Shown: positions 1 to 13,899 of the stretch, in pieces
How the letters are laid out: each line of letters starts with the position of its first letter
How positions within the stretch are numbered: the first letter of the stretch is position 1
NCBI GenBank assembly: GCA_951406725.2
Contig: OX597835.1
Location: 36,146,001 to 36,210,000 of the forward strand
DNA length: 64,000 bases
Reading direction: 5' to 3'
Origin: Octopus vulgaris
Lineage: Eukaryota
The notes under the pieces: generated by a model
Databases searched by the model: none
Told to the model about the DNA's origin: nothing
Seen by the model: the letters and a program-made list of their open reading frames with translations, nothing else
Program-made: the position numbers and the translations under genes

Positions 1-86
1 CTACTACTACTGCTGCTGCTACTACTACTACTACTGCTACTAGTACAGCTTTTAATGCACTTAGCAATTATTATTATAGAGATAAT

Positions 87-508
87 TTGCCGGACAAAAG
101 GCTTAACGGCATTTCGTCCGTCTTTACTTTCTGAGTTCGAATTCCACCAAGGTCGACTTTGCCTTTCATCCTTTCGTGATCGATAAATTAAGTACCTGCG
201 AAACACTGGAGTCGCTGTAATCAACTAGTCTTTCTCATAAAATTTCTGGCTTTGCGCGAAAATTTGAAATCAATATTCAAGTAATTTAAGGTTGTGAGGT
301 AGCAGAATTGTTAACACGCCGGACAAAATGCTGAGCGACCTTTTGTCCGTCTTAATGTTCTGAGTTACAATTCCACCGAAATCGACTTTGCCTGCTATCC
401 TTTCAAGGTCGATAAAATGAGTACCAGGTGAACACTGGAGTCACTGTAAACAACTTAGCCCTTCCTAGAAACCTGCTGGCCTCGTGCCAAAGTTTGAAAC
501 CAATATTT
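87..508 (+). mobile_element. Two diverged tandem copies of tRNA-derived SINE family A (alternative tail)
   Basis: B-box-like GAGTTCGAATTCC followed by GCCTTTCATCCTTTCG...GATAAA..AGTACC (resembles the MetaSINE central domain, from memory). Homologous to the cleaner copy at 3794-4021. Confidence 0.75.
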
Positions 509-511
509 ATC

Positions 512-927
512 TATTTATTGTCCACAGGGAGTGGGGCTAAACACAGAGAGGACAAACAAGGATAGACAAAGGGAGTAAGTCGATTAGATCGACCCCAGTG
601 TGTAACTGGTACTTATTTAATCGACCTCGAAAGGATGAAAGGCAAAGCCAACCTCGGCAGAATTTGAACTCGGAATGAAGCGGCAGACGAAATACCTATT
701 TCTTTACTACCCACAAGGGGCTAAACACAGAGAGGACAAACAAGGACAGACAAACGGATTAAGTCGATTATATCGACCCCAGTGCGTAACTGGTACTTAA
801 TTTATCGACCCCGAAAGGATGAACGGCAAAGTCGACCTCGGCGGAATTTGAACTCAGAACGTAACGGCAGACGAAATACCGCTAAGCATTTCGGCCGGCG
901 TGCTAACGTTTCGGCCAGCTCACCGCC
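512..927 (-). mobile_element. SINE-A: full unit (697-927) plus a second headless unit (512-696)
   Basis: Reverse complement of the SINE-A consensus; junction GAAATACC|TATTTC at 689-702. Confidence 0.85.
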
Positions 928-954
928 CTGTTTGAAACAAATATTAAAACAAAA

Positions 955-1275
955 AGACTATGTTAGCGCATCGGATAAGAGGCTCAAGGGCATTTCATCC
1001 GTCCTTACGTTCTGTGTTCAAATTCCTCTGATGGCGACTCTACCTGCCAACCTTTCGGGGTCGTTAAAATACGTAGCAGCCGAGCACTGGATTGATGTAA
1101 TCGACTAGGAACTACCCCGAATATTTCAGGCTTTGTGATTATAGTAGAAAGAATATTTAGAATTGTTAGCGATCCGGACAAACATCTAAACTTCATTTTT
1201 TCCGGCTGTTTGCGCACCATTTGAACAGTGAGGCCCAATGTAATCGAAGTAAATCCTCCCTCAAAATTGCTGAAA
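955..1275 (+). mobile_element. Degraded SINE-A copies
   Basis: Diverged head GTTAGCG..CGGA, CCTTTCGGGGTCG, and tail TTTCAGGCTTTGTG..TAGTAGAAA. Confidence 0.55.
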
Positions 1276-1409
1276 TATATGTGTGTGTGTGTGCATGTGT
1301 GTGTGTATGTGTGTTTGTGTGTGTGTGTGTGTATGTGTGTGTGTGTGTATACTTTTATTCTTTTAATTGTTTCAGTCATTATATTGCGGCCATGCTTGGA
1401 CACCACTTT

Positions 1410-1471
<62 letters not shown>

Positions 1472-1603
1472 ATTCGAGACAAAACCACTATTTTAAAACC
1501 AAACAAGGAAAGACTTAATCAATACATAAAATTTTAATATAAATTAAATAAACCCTAAATCTGATTTTTCCCTGTAATTTTGGATTCATTCCCTAATATT
1601 TAT

Positions 1604-1672
<69 letters not shown>

Positions 1673-1683
1673 CATATATACAT

Positions 1684-1716
<33 letters not shown>

Positions 1717-1760
1717 CATACATTTATATATATATACATATATAGATATGTATATATATA

Positions 1761-1879
1761 TCACCGTGATCACCGTGACCGACTAGACTATCAGATGTTG
1801 CTACACATCGCTGGTCACAATGCGCTTCGCACTGTTTTAGCCTTCAAATGACGCCACCACACTGGCTAAGCGAGCAGGC

Positions 1880-1881
<2 letters not shown>
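1761..1881 (-). mobile_element. SINE-C 3' fragment between (TA)n tracts
   Basis: Reverse complement of the ...GGTCACGGTGATCACGGTGA tail seen at 22750-22870. Confidence 0.8.
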
Positions 1882-1918
<37 letters not shown>

Positions 1919-2218
1919 CACACACACACCCATTATGCTAAAAGTAAACACACACACACACACACACAGATTCTATTTCACTTCCATTATTTATTTGTCA
2001 ATTGGTTAACTGTTAAAGCAAATAGGAAATGGTGTGTGGATAGTTTGATTAATCGTTCTGTCAACCAATTAGTCATGTTTGTCAAAATTCTTTCGTCGTC
2101 ATTCTTGACCCCACCGGTGACACCGTCTCTACTTCAAGTTGCTTCGTATTTCATCAATGTTTATTTAATAAACATTTACTTAGCCTCAGTATTTAAATAG
2201 GTACCGTGATTCGACCAC

Positions 2219-2220
<2 letters not shown>

Positions 2221-2293
<73 letters not shown>

Positions 2294-2714
2294 TCTTTCT
2301 CCCTTTCTTTCTTTCTTTCTCTCTCCGTCTCTCTCTATATATCTATTTATCTCTCTAAAGAAGAAGAAGAAGAAGAAGAAGAAGAAGAAGAAGAGAGAAG
2401 AAGAAGAAGAAGAAGAAAGAAGAAGAAGAAGAAGAAGAAGAAGAAGAAGAGAAAAAGAAGAAGAAGAAAAAGAAGAAGAAGAAGAAGAAGAAGAAGAAGA
2501 AGAAGAAGAAGAAGAAGAAAGAAGAAGAAGAAGAAGAAGAAGAAGAAGAAGAAGAAGAAGAAGAAGAAGAAGAAGAAGAAGAAGAAGAAGAAGAAGAAGA
2601 AGAAGAAGAAGAAGAAGAAGAAGAAGAAGAAGAAGAAGAAGAAGAAGAAGAAGAAGAAGAAGAAGAAGAAGAAGAAGAAGAAGAAGAAGAAGAAGAAGAA
2701 GAAGAAGAAGAAGA
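2221..2714. repeat. (CT)n followed by a ~355-bp (AAG)n microsatellite
   Basis: Direct reading. Confidence 0.97.
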
Positions 2715-3793
2715 AAATTCGATTAGAGTTGCTGATTAGTTGCACAACATATTTTCTCTGTGGATCTTTTAAACACACCGGTTTCATTAGTGGACATTAC
2801 ACTTTATATAAATTCTATTGAAGAATTTATATGAAGAAAGTGTTTAATCCTTCCCTCTGTATTATATTCCCCTCATTCTTATATCGATAACATGAGTTTG
2901 CAGAATTTACCAATGCTTTTCATATGTTTATTGTCATTTTTATTGTCGTCATTCATATGGAATCCAAAGAAGAAATCTACACCAAACCATACGTTTGCGA
3001 CAAGAATATACTACAACATCTCTGAAATGAGACAAAACCGCCGAGGTGAACATTACTTTTCATTCTTATGAGTCGATAAAATGCAGTTGCAGTCAAGTAC
3101 TGGGGCCGATGTAAACGTCTTGCTTCTTCTGTCTGTCAAAAATGGCTGGCCTGGACCTCATCCAGTAGAATGTTGTGAGCTTGGTCACTTACACGCTATA
3201 AAACTGAGCTACAAACTTTATGAGTTCCGCGGCTCAATAAAAGTAAAAATAAAGATAAAAATACAATAATTACAAGTATGAAGACCTGTAAACATGATGC
3301 GATAATCAATATGGTTTACAAATTCGATTTCCAAGCATTTGGGTCGTAAACATAACAGCTACAACAATTACGCTTGCCATACCGGCATAACACACTGCCA
3401 CCGACCCAAAATGCATTTACAACAAGAACTAATTACAATGCACTACACTAGGTACAATGTGCGTAGCCTAGTATTTAAGCAGTTCGGTTCAAGATCATAA
3501 AGTTGTCGGTTCAAATCCAGAACCGAATACCGCATTGGTCCTTGAGCAAGGCACTTTATTTCAAGTTGCTCTAGACTGTTCAGTTGCAATGAGTACCATC
3601 CTGATGCTGTTGCAGGGCTCTCTCTCTCTCTCTCTCTCTTTATCTATCTATCTCTCCCTCCCTCCCTCCCTCCCCTGCAACTGTCATACTCTGAGTGTTC
3701 TGCTGAGTCCGCACCAAAACAAGTAACGAAACCATGTATATTTGACCAAACCGTACTCTACATTGAATCACAGTAGGTATAGTAATACCATAA

Positions 3794-4021
3794 GGCGGCG
3801 AGCTGGCAGAATCGTTAGCACGCCGGGTGAAATGATTAGCAGTATTTCGTCTGCCGTTACGTTCTGAGTTCAAATTCCGCCGAGTTGACTTTGCCTTTCA
3901 TCCTTTCGGGGTCGATTAAATCAGTACCAGTTACGCACTGGGGTCGATATAATCGACTTAATCCGTTTGTCTGTCCTTGTTTGTCCTCTCTGTGTTTAGC
4001 CCCTTGCAGGTAGTAAAGAAA
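3794..4021 (+). mobile_element. Full-length SINE-A with 16-bp target-site duplication
   Basis: GGCGGCGAGCTGGCAGAATCGTTAGC (A-box-like) and GAGTTCAAATTCC (B-box-like). TSD TAGGTATAGTAATACC at 3774-3789 and 4022-4037. Confidence 0.92.
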
Positions 4022-4259
4022 TAGGTATAGTAATACCTCACGAAATGAAACTAGATAGGAAAACAGTAGTAGAAAATACATCTGCCGTGAATGTTGTTGC
4101 CGTTATGATAGACGTGGCAGCTGCTGATTAATGAAAATGTATTTCTTTGGCTGCTTCTAGAAGTAACTAACACTGACGATCAATTCATAGATTTTATTAC
4201 TTCTCATAGTGTTTATTGGGTTGGTCTTTTAACAAATACTAGCAGTGATTATTACTTAC

Positions 4260-4459
4260 CGGGGGTGACATACTGCTTGGGGTGTACGACAATTTAACTT
4301 GTGTAACAATCTGCAGCTGACCCATCGCAACTGACATATACTTGCGCTATATTCGTGGTAACAAAATCTCTGTCTTCTATCTGCCATTGGCTGATGGTGA
4401 ATAAGAATGGAGATGTCAAGTGGATGTCTCAACATTTTGTGATTGTCGCTACAACCCAT
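4260..4459 (-). CDS. Candidate first coding exon of an unidentified host gene
   Basis: Non-repetitive island ending in a consensus donor CCG|GTAAGT (GT at 4259-4258). Two open frames reach the donor: MGCSDNHK...VCHP (phase 2) and MSVAMGQLQIVTQVKLSYTPSSMSPP (phase 0). CCAAT and a CpG-rich stretch lie upstream (~4500-4600). Confidence 0.4.
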
Positions 4460-5085
4460 CGTTATTTAGGGCTCAATGGGTAAATGCTAGAAAGTCGAAT
4501 CACGCAATGGCTTGACGTTGATTGGTCGCTTAATCGGCCGATCGCGTGAAACGACTGTGGTCTCATCCTGATGCCTATTCGGCTACCTATCGATTCGGTT
4601 TTGAATCCACTACACACACACACACACGCACGCATATTTACATATACTACACAAAACTTCGCACAAAGACTAAAGATTAATGATGAATATAACACATGTA
4701 GCAGAGCGAACTTCTAAAACAAACAATCGTGCTCACGTTTTTCATCTTGCTTTTTATCATGTTTCCTCATAGACCAGCATCTTGGTCTTTTTTTATATAT
4801 TTCTAACGCTATGAACAGCGCCCGAAGATTGCTCAAAGATACGTTATACTAATCTACGAATTTAATGTATCTGAAAGCATGAAACTATTAGTAGCAATTT
4901 TGTAATTGTGAGTATTAAATGATATTTATCTCTCTATAGATGAAGTACCTTTTTGTTGATCCTGCCTATAATGGAACTATAAACTATGCACACTTTCATA
5001 TATATATGTGAGTGTGTGTGTGTGTGTGTGCATGTGTGTGTGCGTGAGTATATGTGTTTGTATGTGTGTGTGTGTATGTGAGTGA

Positions 5086-5160
<75 letters not shown>

Positions 5161-6171
5161 CTTATACGTATAGAGTCATGTGTATGTGTATATGTTTCAT
5201 AGATAGAATAGAGCAGCGTGGAAATTGAAGGAAGGAAAGAAGAAAATGGTTATAAATGAATGAAAAAGGAAGAAGGAATTAAAGGGAATGATTTTAAAAT
5301 AACTTGCAGAAAGAAACGAAGAAATAACATTTTCGTAGTTAGTTTTTAACATTTTTTAAAATAATTTTTTTCTTTTCCTTTATTCGTTTTGTTCTTTTAT
5401 ATTTTTATTTCATTCAATCATTGTTATATTCTAGGATATTCTAAACTGGACGAAGGAACCGCTAAAAACTGTTGGCGGATGTTGCACTAATGGTAGCAGC
5501 ATCGGTAAAGATGGCGGTGGAGTAAGAAGTGGGTAGCGGAAGTAGAAGAGGAGAAAAAGAAAGAGCTAGAAAAAGAAGGTAAAAGGAAGATGGAAGAAAA
5601 TGTGATGATGCGAGGCGGAGGTTGGATGGCGACTGGAGTATGTATACATATTTTTGTCTCAACAACATCCCTCCTCCCCCGAAAAATGTTGCCCGAAGCG
5701 GCAACAATGCGATCGCGCCTTAATGGTTTTATGAACCATTCCATATCAATGCCAACTTGCGTTTTTATATAACCATTTAAAAACCAGCATGGCCGCCGTG
5801 TCCGTCAAGTTTTCCTGTTGAATTATATTCCACAATATGTCTTAACTTCTGTTTCCTTTTCTCCATGCCTCTGGCTAAATTCCTTCCCGGATTAGCGAGT
5901 CAAAGTGTATCTCGAACACATACATATACACTCCACACAAATGTAAACACACACACGCAAACACAAACACATATATATATACAAATATAAATGTATTATG
6001 TATATATATATAAACAAATATATATGTATTCTACAATATACATGGTTTTATACATGTGTGTATGTATATATGTATATGTATATTCGTACTTAGACACATG
6101 CATATGTATTCAAATTATCTTACACGTATACACACTCTTCTATACACAAAGAGACACATAAATACAAATAC

Positions 6172-6221
<50 letters not shown>

Positions 6222-6292
6222 TTATGTATATATATGCTAACATAGGGGTATATACACACAAACATACACATATATATATATATACACACACC

Positions 6293-6328
<36 letters not shown>

Positions 6329-6561
6329 AATATACAAACAAACAAAACTACATTGAGAAAAACGAACGAAAAAATTGAATTGCTAAAATATCCGCATGAA
6401 CGCCATATATACACCAAGTATACACAAACTTACAGACATATATGTGTTTGTGAGTGTGTATATGTGTATGTGTGTGCATGTGTATACATGTGTTCTGTTA
6501 GTGTATGCTTGTACCCCTGTAAATTGATATATTATTGTCCATGCATATATACGCATATATA

Positions 6562-6618
<57 letters not shown>

Positions 6619-7134
6619 TATACACAGAGAGAGAGATGTACACATGCACATATATACAATATATAAGTGCGTACGTTTTAGTGTGTGTGTGTCTGTGTGT
6701 GCTTGTCTGTTTATGTAATTGTATATCCTAGCTTCTCATGTTTGCAAGAGGAAACAGAGGTGAGCGCAGTGTTAATAAATATATGATGTATAATGGTGTA
6801 TAATGGTGTGTATATAGCAAATGTCGTAATTGAGAGTAAAGACATTGTTGCTGCGATTTTGTAAAATAGGGGACAGAGGAAGAGAAAGGAAAACAAGTAA
6901 ACCTGCTACAAACAAAATACAATTCACATTAAGACAACTAGGGAGCCTCCATGTGGTCGGTCGATTTTGCTAAAAATAGAAACGAAATCTGCCCCAGGAC
7001 ACACCTTGCCTTCTTTTAAAAAAAAATGTGTTATTTTTTTTCGCCTATGCAGAAACTGCTTCTGGGTTGTCCTTTCTTTAAGAAATGGCAGCTTATTCTT
7101 CTTCCGATCATACGTTTTTATCTTCAAAATTGAA

Positions 7135-7217
7135 GGTATTTTGTGCTAACAAATGTGTCAATTTGTGCTAACAATTTGTGCTCACAAATGGGTCAATTTT
7201 GTGCTAACAAATATGTC
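7135..7217. repeat. Short minisatellite with TTTGTGCTAACAA core, ~4 copies
   Basis: Direct reading. Confidence 0.8.
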
Positions 7218-7465
7218 TTTCTTGCTAGAAATAACATTAAAACTTTACACCAAAACTGTCTTTAAGTAACAAAAGGCTTCGAAACTAACGAATGAACCTC
7301 TATATGGACACACTACCTGCAAGAAATAGCAACGAGCTCTCTCCAATATTAACTTAACCATTCTGACAGTGAAAAAATGGTCTCATGAACAAAAAAATAA
7401 ACGAGAAATTCTTGACAATGTATATATATATATATATATATATATATGGATATATATATATATAT

Positions 7466-7507
<42 letters not shown>

Positions 7508-7678
7508 AATATAATTCCAAACTTACAGGGAAAAATTCAATTTCGCCATACAGGCTGTCCACTTTTAGTGGTCCATTCTCTAAATTTTGTATGTAAAAAA
7601 ATTTTTCGTCTTCAGATTTTTTTGAAATATGCTAGGCCACTGGTTTTAATTGATTAATATCAATTTCTACCCTATTTA

Positions 7679-7750
<72 letters not shown>

Positions 7751-7756
7751 CATCAC

Positions 7757-7898
7757 AACTGTCCGACGAACGGAAACGTGAAACTCTGAGCAACAGTTTC
7801 GTGTGTAAATTCTGCAACTTTAATAAAAGCATATTACTCTACCTTTGGTATTCGAGTACTATCTTTTCCACCTTGTTTTGCATTTATATGCTCACCTG
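7757..7898 (+). mobile_element. Penelope-like terminal fragment with degenerate hammerhead
   Basis: AACTGT-CCGACGA-ACG(GAAA)CGT-GAAACTCTGAGCA-ACAGTT. The downstream AAAGCATATTACTCTACC..TGGTATT.GAGTACT recurs at ~60025-60100. Confidence 0.55.
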
Positions 7899-8548
7899 TA
7901 CGTGTGTGTATGTGTCTGTGCATTCGTGTATGTGTGTTTATGTGTGCACGTGTCTGTGTCTGTGTCTTTGCATGACTTTGTGTCTGTGCGTGTGTGTGAG
8001 AGAATGTGTGTGTATATTTTTGTGTGTGTGTGTGTATACATACAATGTACACTTGTGGTGTAGGTGTGTTTGAATGTGTGTGTGTATGTGAGAGAGATAG
8101 AGAGAGAGTAAACGAAGCAGCGCTAAACGCATTTGATTGGTGTTATATGTGTTAAATAACAATTTGGCTCAGTTTTATACCACTTAAAGTTTAGTCCAAC
8201 TCATCAGATGTTCGGTGAATGGCGGCGGGTATTTAAAATAAATTTAAAATGGCTTCTCGGTTTTCGATGTCGTTATCTGTAAGTTCACATCGCATGCATG
8301 TTTATACTATCATTACGAACAATTATTTTACAGTTAGTTCCTAATGGTGCAAAAACGACGCTGCTGTTATTTTGTCCCTCGACTTGAAGAAAACAGTAGC
8401 CAAAATATACCTAAAATCCCGCTTTAAGCAATTAAAAAACAAGAAAGAAATGAAATATTGAATGATCACGGATTCTCAGTCGCGACTGACGAGTGACTCA
8501 GCGGCACAAAAACTCTCTGCTATATTAGCATTAACTCTAAATATTATA

Positions 8549-8822
8549 TGTTTTTTATTACCCACAAGGGTAACGGCAGACGAAATACCTATTTCTTTAC
8601 TACCCACAAGGGGCTAAACACAGAGAGGACAAACAAGGACAGACAAACGGATTAAGCCGATTATATCGACCCCAGTGCGTAATTGGTACTTAATTAATCG
8701 ACCCCAAAAGGAGGAAAGGCAAAGTCGACCTCGGCGGAATTTGAACTCAGAACGTAACGGCAGACGAAATACGGCTACGGATTTAGCCGGGCGTGCTAAC
8801 GATTCTGCCAGCTCGCTGCCTT
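8549..8822 (-). mobile_element. SINE-A with partial extra unit and 19-bp TSD
   Basis: TSD ATTAACTCTAAATATTATA at 8530-8548 and 8823-8841; junction GAAATACCTATTTC at 8582-8595. Confidence 0.9.
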
Positions 8823-8851
8823 ATTAACTCTAAATATTATAATTAGATATA

Positions 8852-9300
8852 AGATGGCAAGCCGACAGAATCGTTAAAGCGATGTGCAAAATGCTTAGCA
8901 GTATTTCATGCCTTTACTTTCTGAGTTCAAATTCCGACTCTGCTTTTCATTCGATTGTGGTCGATAAAATAAGTACTTTTTGGGCTCTGAAGTCAATGTA
9001 ATCGATTTACCCCCACCCCACCCCGCCACCTCGAAATTGATGATATTACGCCAGAATTTGAAATTAATATTATGAATTGAATTAAGGCCGCGAGTTAGCA
9101 GGATCGTTAACATGCCGGACCAGATGCTTAGCGGCATTCTGTCCATCTTTGTCTGCTGAACTCACATTCCACCGAGGTCCAGTATGCCTTTCGCCATTTC
9201 GGGATTTATAGAAGTAACAGTTGAGTACTAAGGTCAATGTAATCTACTTATCTCTCCCCCGAAATGCTGACCTTGATCCAAAATATGAAATCAATATTAT
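8852..9300 (+). mobile_element. Two older tandem SINE-A copies
   Basis: Diverged heads, CTGAGTTCAAATTCC, and ...AATTTGAAA..AATATTAT tails. Confidence 0.7.
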
Positions 9301-10161
9301 AAACAGATTCTCTTTGGTTAGCGTGTTTCCCATTCGTTTCATTTGTTTCTTAGATTAATATCATTAACATGGTTCCCTTTATTACTTATATTGTTTTTGC
9401 TATTTATATTCAGATGCCGCCTGCCCGCAAGGACGAGACTTACAACGAAAGATACTTTCCAATCTTGATCATTCCATATCTTACTCTTTATATTTTGTTG
9501 CTGCCGTTCTTGTTAGACTGCATTAACGATTAAATCCCTCCATTTTTAATATGGTTTAATGTAATTAGATGATTTGGATACTATTTCTAACAGAGTAGAA
9601 TGCACACTTAGTCTGTTTTATGTGTTTATATTTTGAACATATACATACATATATGTGTTGTGTGTATGTGTATAGGTGTGTTTGTATGTGGGCGTATATA
9701 TATATATATATGTGTGTGTGGGAGGGTTTATGCATGCATGTATATATATATATATGTATGTATGTATGCATGTATATTTACACATTCCCAGATAGGTGCA
9801 TATGGACATACACTCATCGTTACAAACATAAATGCACGCATACAAACATGTATGTGCATGTACAAGATTTCATATATATGTCATGTGGAGTAAGATGCAT
9901 ATGTGTATGTGTGTGTACTTGTGTGTGTATGTGCATGTGAATGTTTTTGTGCATATATGCATATACATATATGCATGTATTTAGGTAAGTATGCACGAAT
10001 ATACACACATGCCTAAGTGTGTGTGTGTGTGTGTTTGTGTTTGTGTGTGTGTGTGTATGTGTGTGTATTTGTGTGTGTGTGTTTTGTATATATATATATA
10101 TATACATATGTGTGTATGTGTGTATGTGTGTGTGGCGTGTGTGTTGTATGTATGCGCATGG

Positions 10162-10443
10162 GTGTCTCTGTGAAAGAGCAAAATATACGTATGTACACAT
10201 ACACACACACACATACACACACACACACACACACACGTACAAACACACATACATGCTTGTATATATGTATGTATGTATGGGTGTGTATGCATGTGTATGC
10301 GCGTGTGTGCATGTTTTTTTATGAATGTTTATGTAAGCGTGTATACAAATATACAAGCAATTGTGTACGGATACGTCTATTTCTAAGTGTGACTATATAC
10401 ATGTATATGCACGCACATGTGTGTTTGTGCATGTGTGCGTGCT

Positions 10444-10490
<47 letters not shown>

Positions 10491-10924
10491 GACGGAAGCA
10501 GTAGTGCTTTGCGATTTTAGCATTAAGTTATTAATTGACTGGTAATTATAAACTCCAGCCAACACACTGCATCCGCCCATCACCCTCTCGTCGTCACCGC
10601 CTCCCTCTCCTCCCTTTCCCATGCTTCACCCTTTGTCCACCGCTTCTCTTCCTCTCTCTCTCTCCCTCTTCCGCACACACACACACACTTCGCTGAACCT
10701 TTTCATTTTTTCTTACCTCGCATGCTCCGTTTATCTCTATCTCCCTTTATCCCTTTATCTCCTCTCTATTTTTGCAGACACATACACACCCATACATACA
10801 TATACACAAGCATGTATGTGTGTTTGTACGTGTGTGTGTGTGTGTATGTGTGTGTGTGTATGTGTGTGTATGTGTGTGTCTGTGTATGTGTACATACGTA
10901 TATTTTGCTCTTTCACAGAGACAC
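10162..10924. repeat. Inverted duplication: 10162-10289 versus 10781-10924
   Basis: GTGTCTCTGTGAAAGAGCAAAATATACGTATGTACACAT and its exact reverse complement, with matching microsatellite interruptions. Confidence 0.9.
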
Positions 10925-11189
10925 ACACTTCCTTTACTTTCTGTGCTTTCTCTGTTTTCCTAAGCTCTTTCACTCTCTCTTCGCTCTCTCTCTTTCTCCT
11001 TCTCCTATTTCTATCTATGTTTCTATCTATCTCTACTTCTTTACTTCTCTATCAACTCACACTTTCCATTTTCCTTATCTCTACTTCATATTCGTCCTCC
11101 TAATCATCTCCTTCTTGTGTCCCTTTTTCTTTTCTCCAGACTAAACAATACATACTCACACACGCTCACATTGCACACCCATCTGAACA

Positions 11190-11229
<40 letters not shown>

Positions 11230-11921
11230 CACAAACACAACACACACAAACACACCTACATGGAGACAATATACACGCCACTAAACTAAATATTGCACAC
11301 AATGATTTTCGTCTCTTTGCATTGCAAACGTCGACTAACTTCCTGATGATGGGTTTCTCAACACTGCTAATCCCCTTGCAATTTGAAAAGAAACATTCAT
11401 AGCCCCTTAAGCTCTTACTCTTCCACTCTAAGAAAAGGGGCTTTCTATAGGCTATTATAACAAAACAAAAAAAGGAACTAGGCCTACGTCAGACGATCGA
11501 TGCTGTTAAAAACAGAAGAAAGGAGTGGAAGAAAATTTAACAATAACTGTTTGGTGGTATTATGAATATGTGGGAAGTTAGACAACATCTTATGAAAGTA
11601 GATATACATGCGAATCGCCATAAAGAATTGAGAGAAATGGCAACCGAATACGACGTAAAAAAAGAAACACAAACACAAATACACATAAAAAAAGTGCTTG
11701 AAAACAGTGAAAAATGGTGAAGTTAAAATAGCGAATAATAAAAAACAAAATGGCGCCCAGGAACGAATCACTAAGCGATATATCATATATATATGTATAT
11801 ATAATATGATATAATAATAATGTATATCATATGAGAAGTTAAAGCTAATATCGCCGGAAATGGCGATGAAATGTACGAAAAAATAAATGTAAAGTCCCAT
11901 ACACAAACAAAATATTCACGC

Positions 11922-11956
<35 letters not shown>

Positions 11957-11972
11957 CGCACATACACACATT

Positions 11973-12004
<32 letters not shown>

Positions 12005-12370
12005 AAGCTATACGCAGTAGATGTGTATATGTGTGTACACTTGAAGATATACATGTATGTAAATATATATTTGTATAAATGTGTGTGTATGTGTGTATAT
12101 ATAAATATATATATATATACACGCAACTAAATACATGATGAATATAATACAATATGTAGAATATGACTTAATGACATAAAATATGAGCAGGTAGAGCAAA
12201 TACAAAATATTTTAGTCATAAACAAAATAACGATGTAAATAAATTGCTAGGGAAAGAGAATTGGCTTTAAAATTCAAAATGGCGCCAGTATGAAAAAAAA
12301 TACAAAATATACATATATACATATACTCACACACACAGTTTCGCAATCACATATTCACACACTTACACAA

Positions 12371-12404
<34 letters not shown>

Positions 12405-12621
12405 ATATACAGAAATGTATAATTAAACTTAATTTGTTTGCAATAAGATAGCTTTTAAATAGGATTTAAGTATAAAATTTTGTGAAATGCAAATTGTTAA
12501 TCGGTAATTAAATAGCACTAAATTCTAATTGGCTCTCCAAGCAAAATGTCTGCTGATATGTATACATACATACGAGTATACATATAACGAAAGTATATAA
12601 TACATATGTGTATGTATGTAG

Positions 12622-12693
<72 letters not shown>

Positions 12694-12837
12694 TTGTATG
12701 TATATGTATGTATGTATATGTATGTATAATTACTATATATATTTGTATATTTGTATACAATCAAATATATATATATGCATATCTATGCATATATACATAC
12801 GTATATGTACATACATCTACACGAATATATATGCATA

Positions 12838-13200
12838 TGTGGGCACAGGACGTCATGAAATGTGTACAACGAAAAATACGAAGTACGAGTACATGGAATA
12901 TGAACTATTTTTTCGAACAACGAAAAACAGAAATGGAAAACAAGACAAACAACATAAAGGACGACCCTTTTCTACTCTCGTATTTCGATCATTTAACAAC
13001 AATATACTCTCTCGATAAAACAGTTCCTCCCACAACACAAATTAAATAAAATTTGGGATTTTGCGGAGGATCAAAATTGGTAACACAAACAGGACAGTGA
13101 AAACAAACAGGAAGGACTGGTAAGCCTAAACGAGGTTGTGGTGGCGAACGTGTAAATCAAGCTTGGACAGGAGACAGACAAGAACACGTCTTCCTTGTTC
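12838..13200 (-). mobile_element. Dispersed repeat family F (probable Penelope-like terminus)
   Basis: Shares CAAATTAAATAAAA.TTG.GATTTTGCGGAG...GGTAAC..AACAGGACAGT with 18697-18978 and 21870-22219. Confidence 0.6.
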
Positions 13201-13283
13201 CAGCTACAACAGAGAGAAAGAAAGAAACACAAGTTAAGAGAAGAAAGATTTATATTATAATATGATTATATATATATATATGT

Positions 13284-13584
13284 GGAGGCGCAATGCCCAG
13301 TGGTTAGAGCAGCGAACTCGCGGTCGTAGGATCGCGGTTTCGATTCCCAGACCGGGCGTTGTGAGTGTTTATTGAGCGAAAACACCTAAAGTTCCACGAA
13401 GCTCCAGCAGGGGGTGGTGGCGATCCTTGCTGTACTCTTTCTCTCACTCTTTCTTTCACTCTTTCTACTGTTGGCCTGCTCGCTTAGCCAGCGGGGTGGC
13501 GTCATTTGAAGGCTAGAACAATGCGAAGCGCATTGTGACCAGCGATGTGTAGCAACATCTGATAGCCTGGTCGGTCACGTGAGG

Positions 13585-13591
<7 letters not shown>
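13284..13591 (+). mobile_element. Full-length tRNA(Arg)-like SINE-C in (TA)n
   Basis: GGAGGCGCAATG.CCCAGTGGTTAG..CTCGCGGTC..GTTTCGATTCCC head; homologous copies at 22561 and 34878. Confidence 0.88.
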
Positions 13592-13652
<61 letters not shown>

Positions 13653-13899
13653 CCAGACAGACAGACAGACAGAGAGACAGACAGGGAGAGAGAGAAAGAG
13701 ACAGAGAGAGGTGAGACGATTATGGAGATTTTCCATGGCCGTCTCAACTGCTAAGACTAGCAGCTAAATCACTCACAAATCGATATGTGGGATCGATGGC
13801 AACAAGAGCATCACTATATAAATAATTTGATCAAATTTGTGCAGTAAGTTGTCTCAGATTTCAAAATATTTGAATCCTTCTTCCGTGCATGAATTTTTT

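Noticed and set aside
1976-2220. Possible solo LTR
   Set aside because: No second copy, TG..CA ends or TSD could be established.
11343-11365. CTGATGA followed by a small hairpin
   Set aside because: No downstream GAAA, stem III or UH site, so it is not a hammerhead.
13284-13350. tRNA-Arg-like sequence (also the heads of SINE-A, B and D)
   Set aside because: No complete cloverleaf, and each is fused to a recurring SINE body; these are SINE heads, not tRNA genes.
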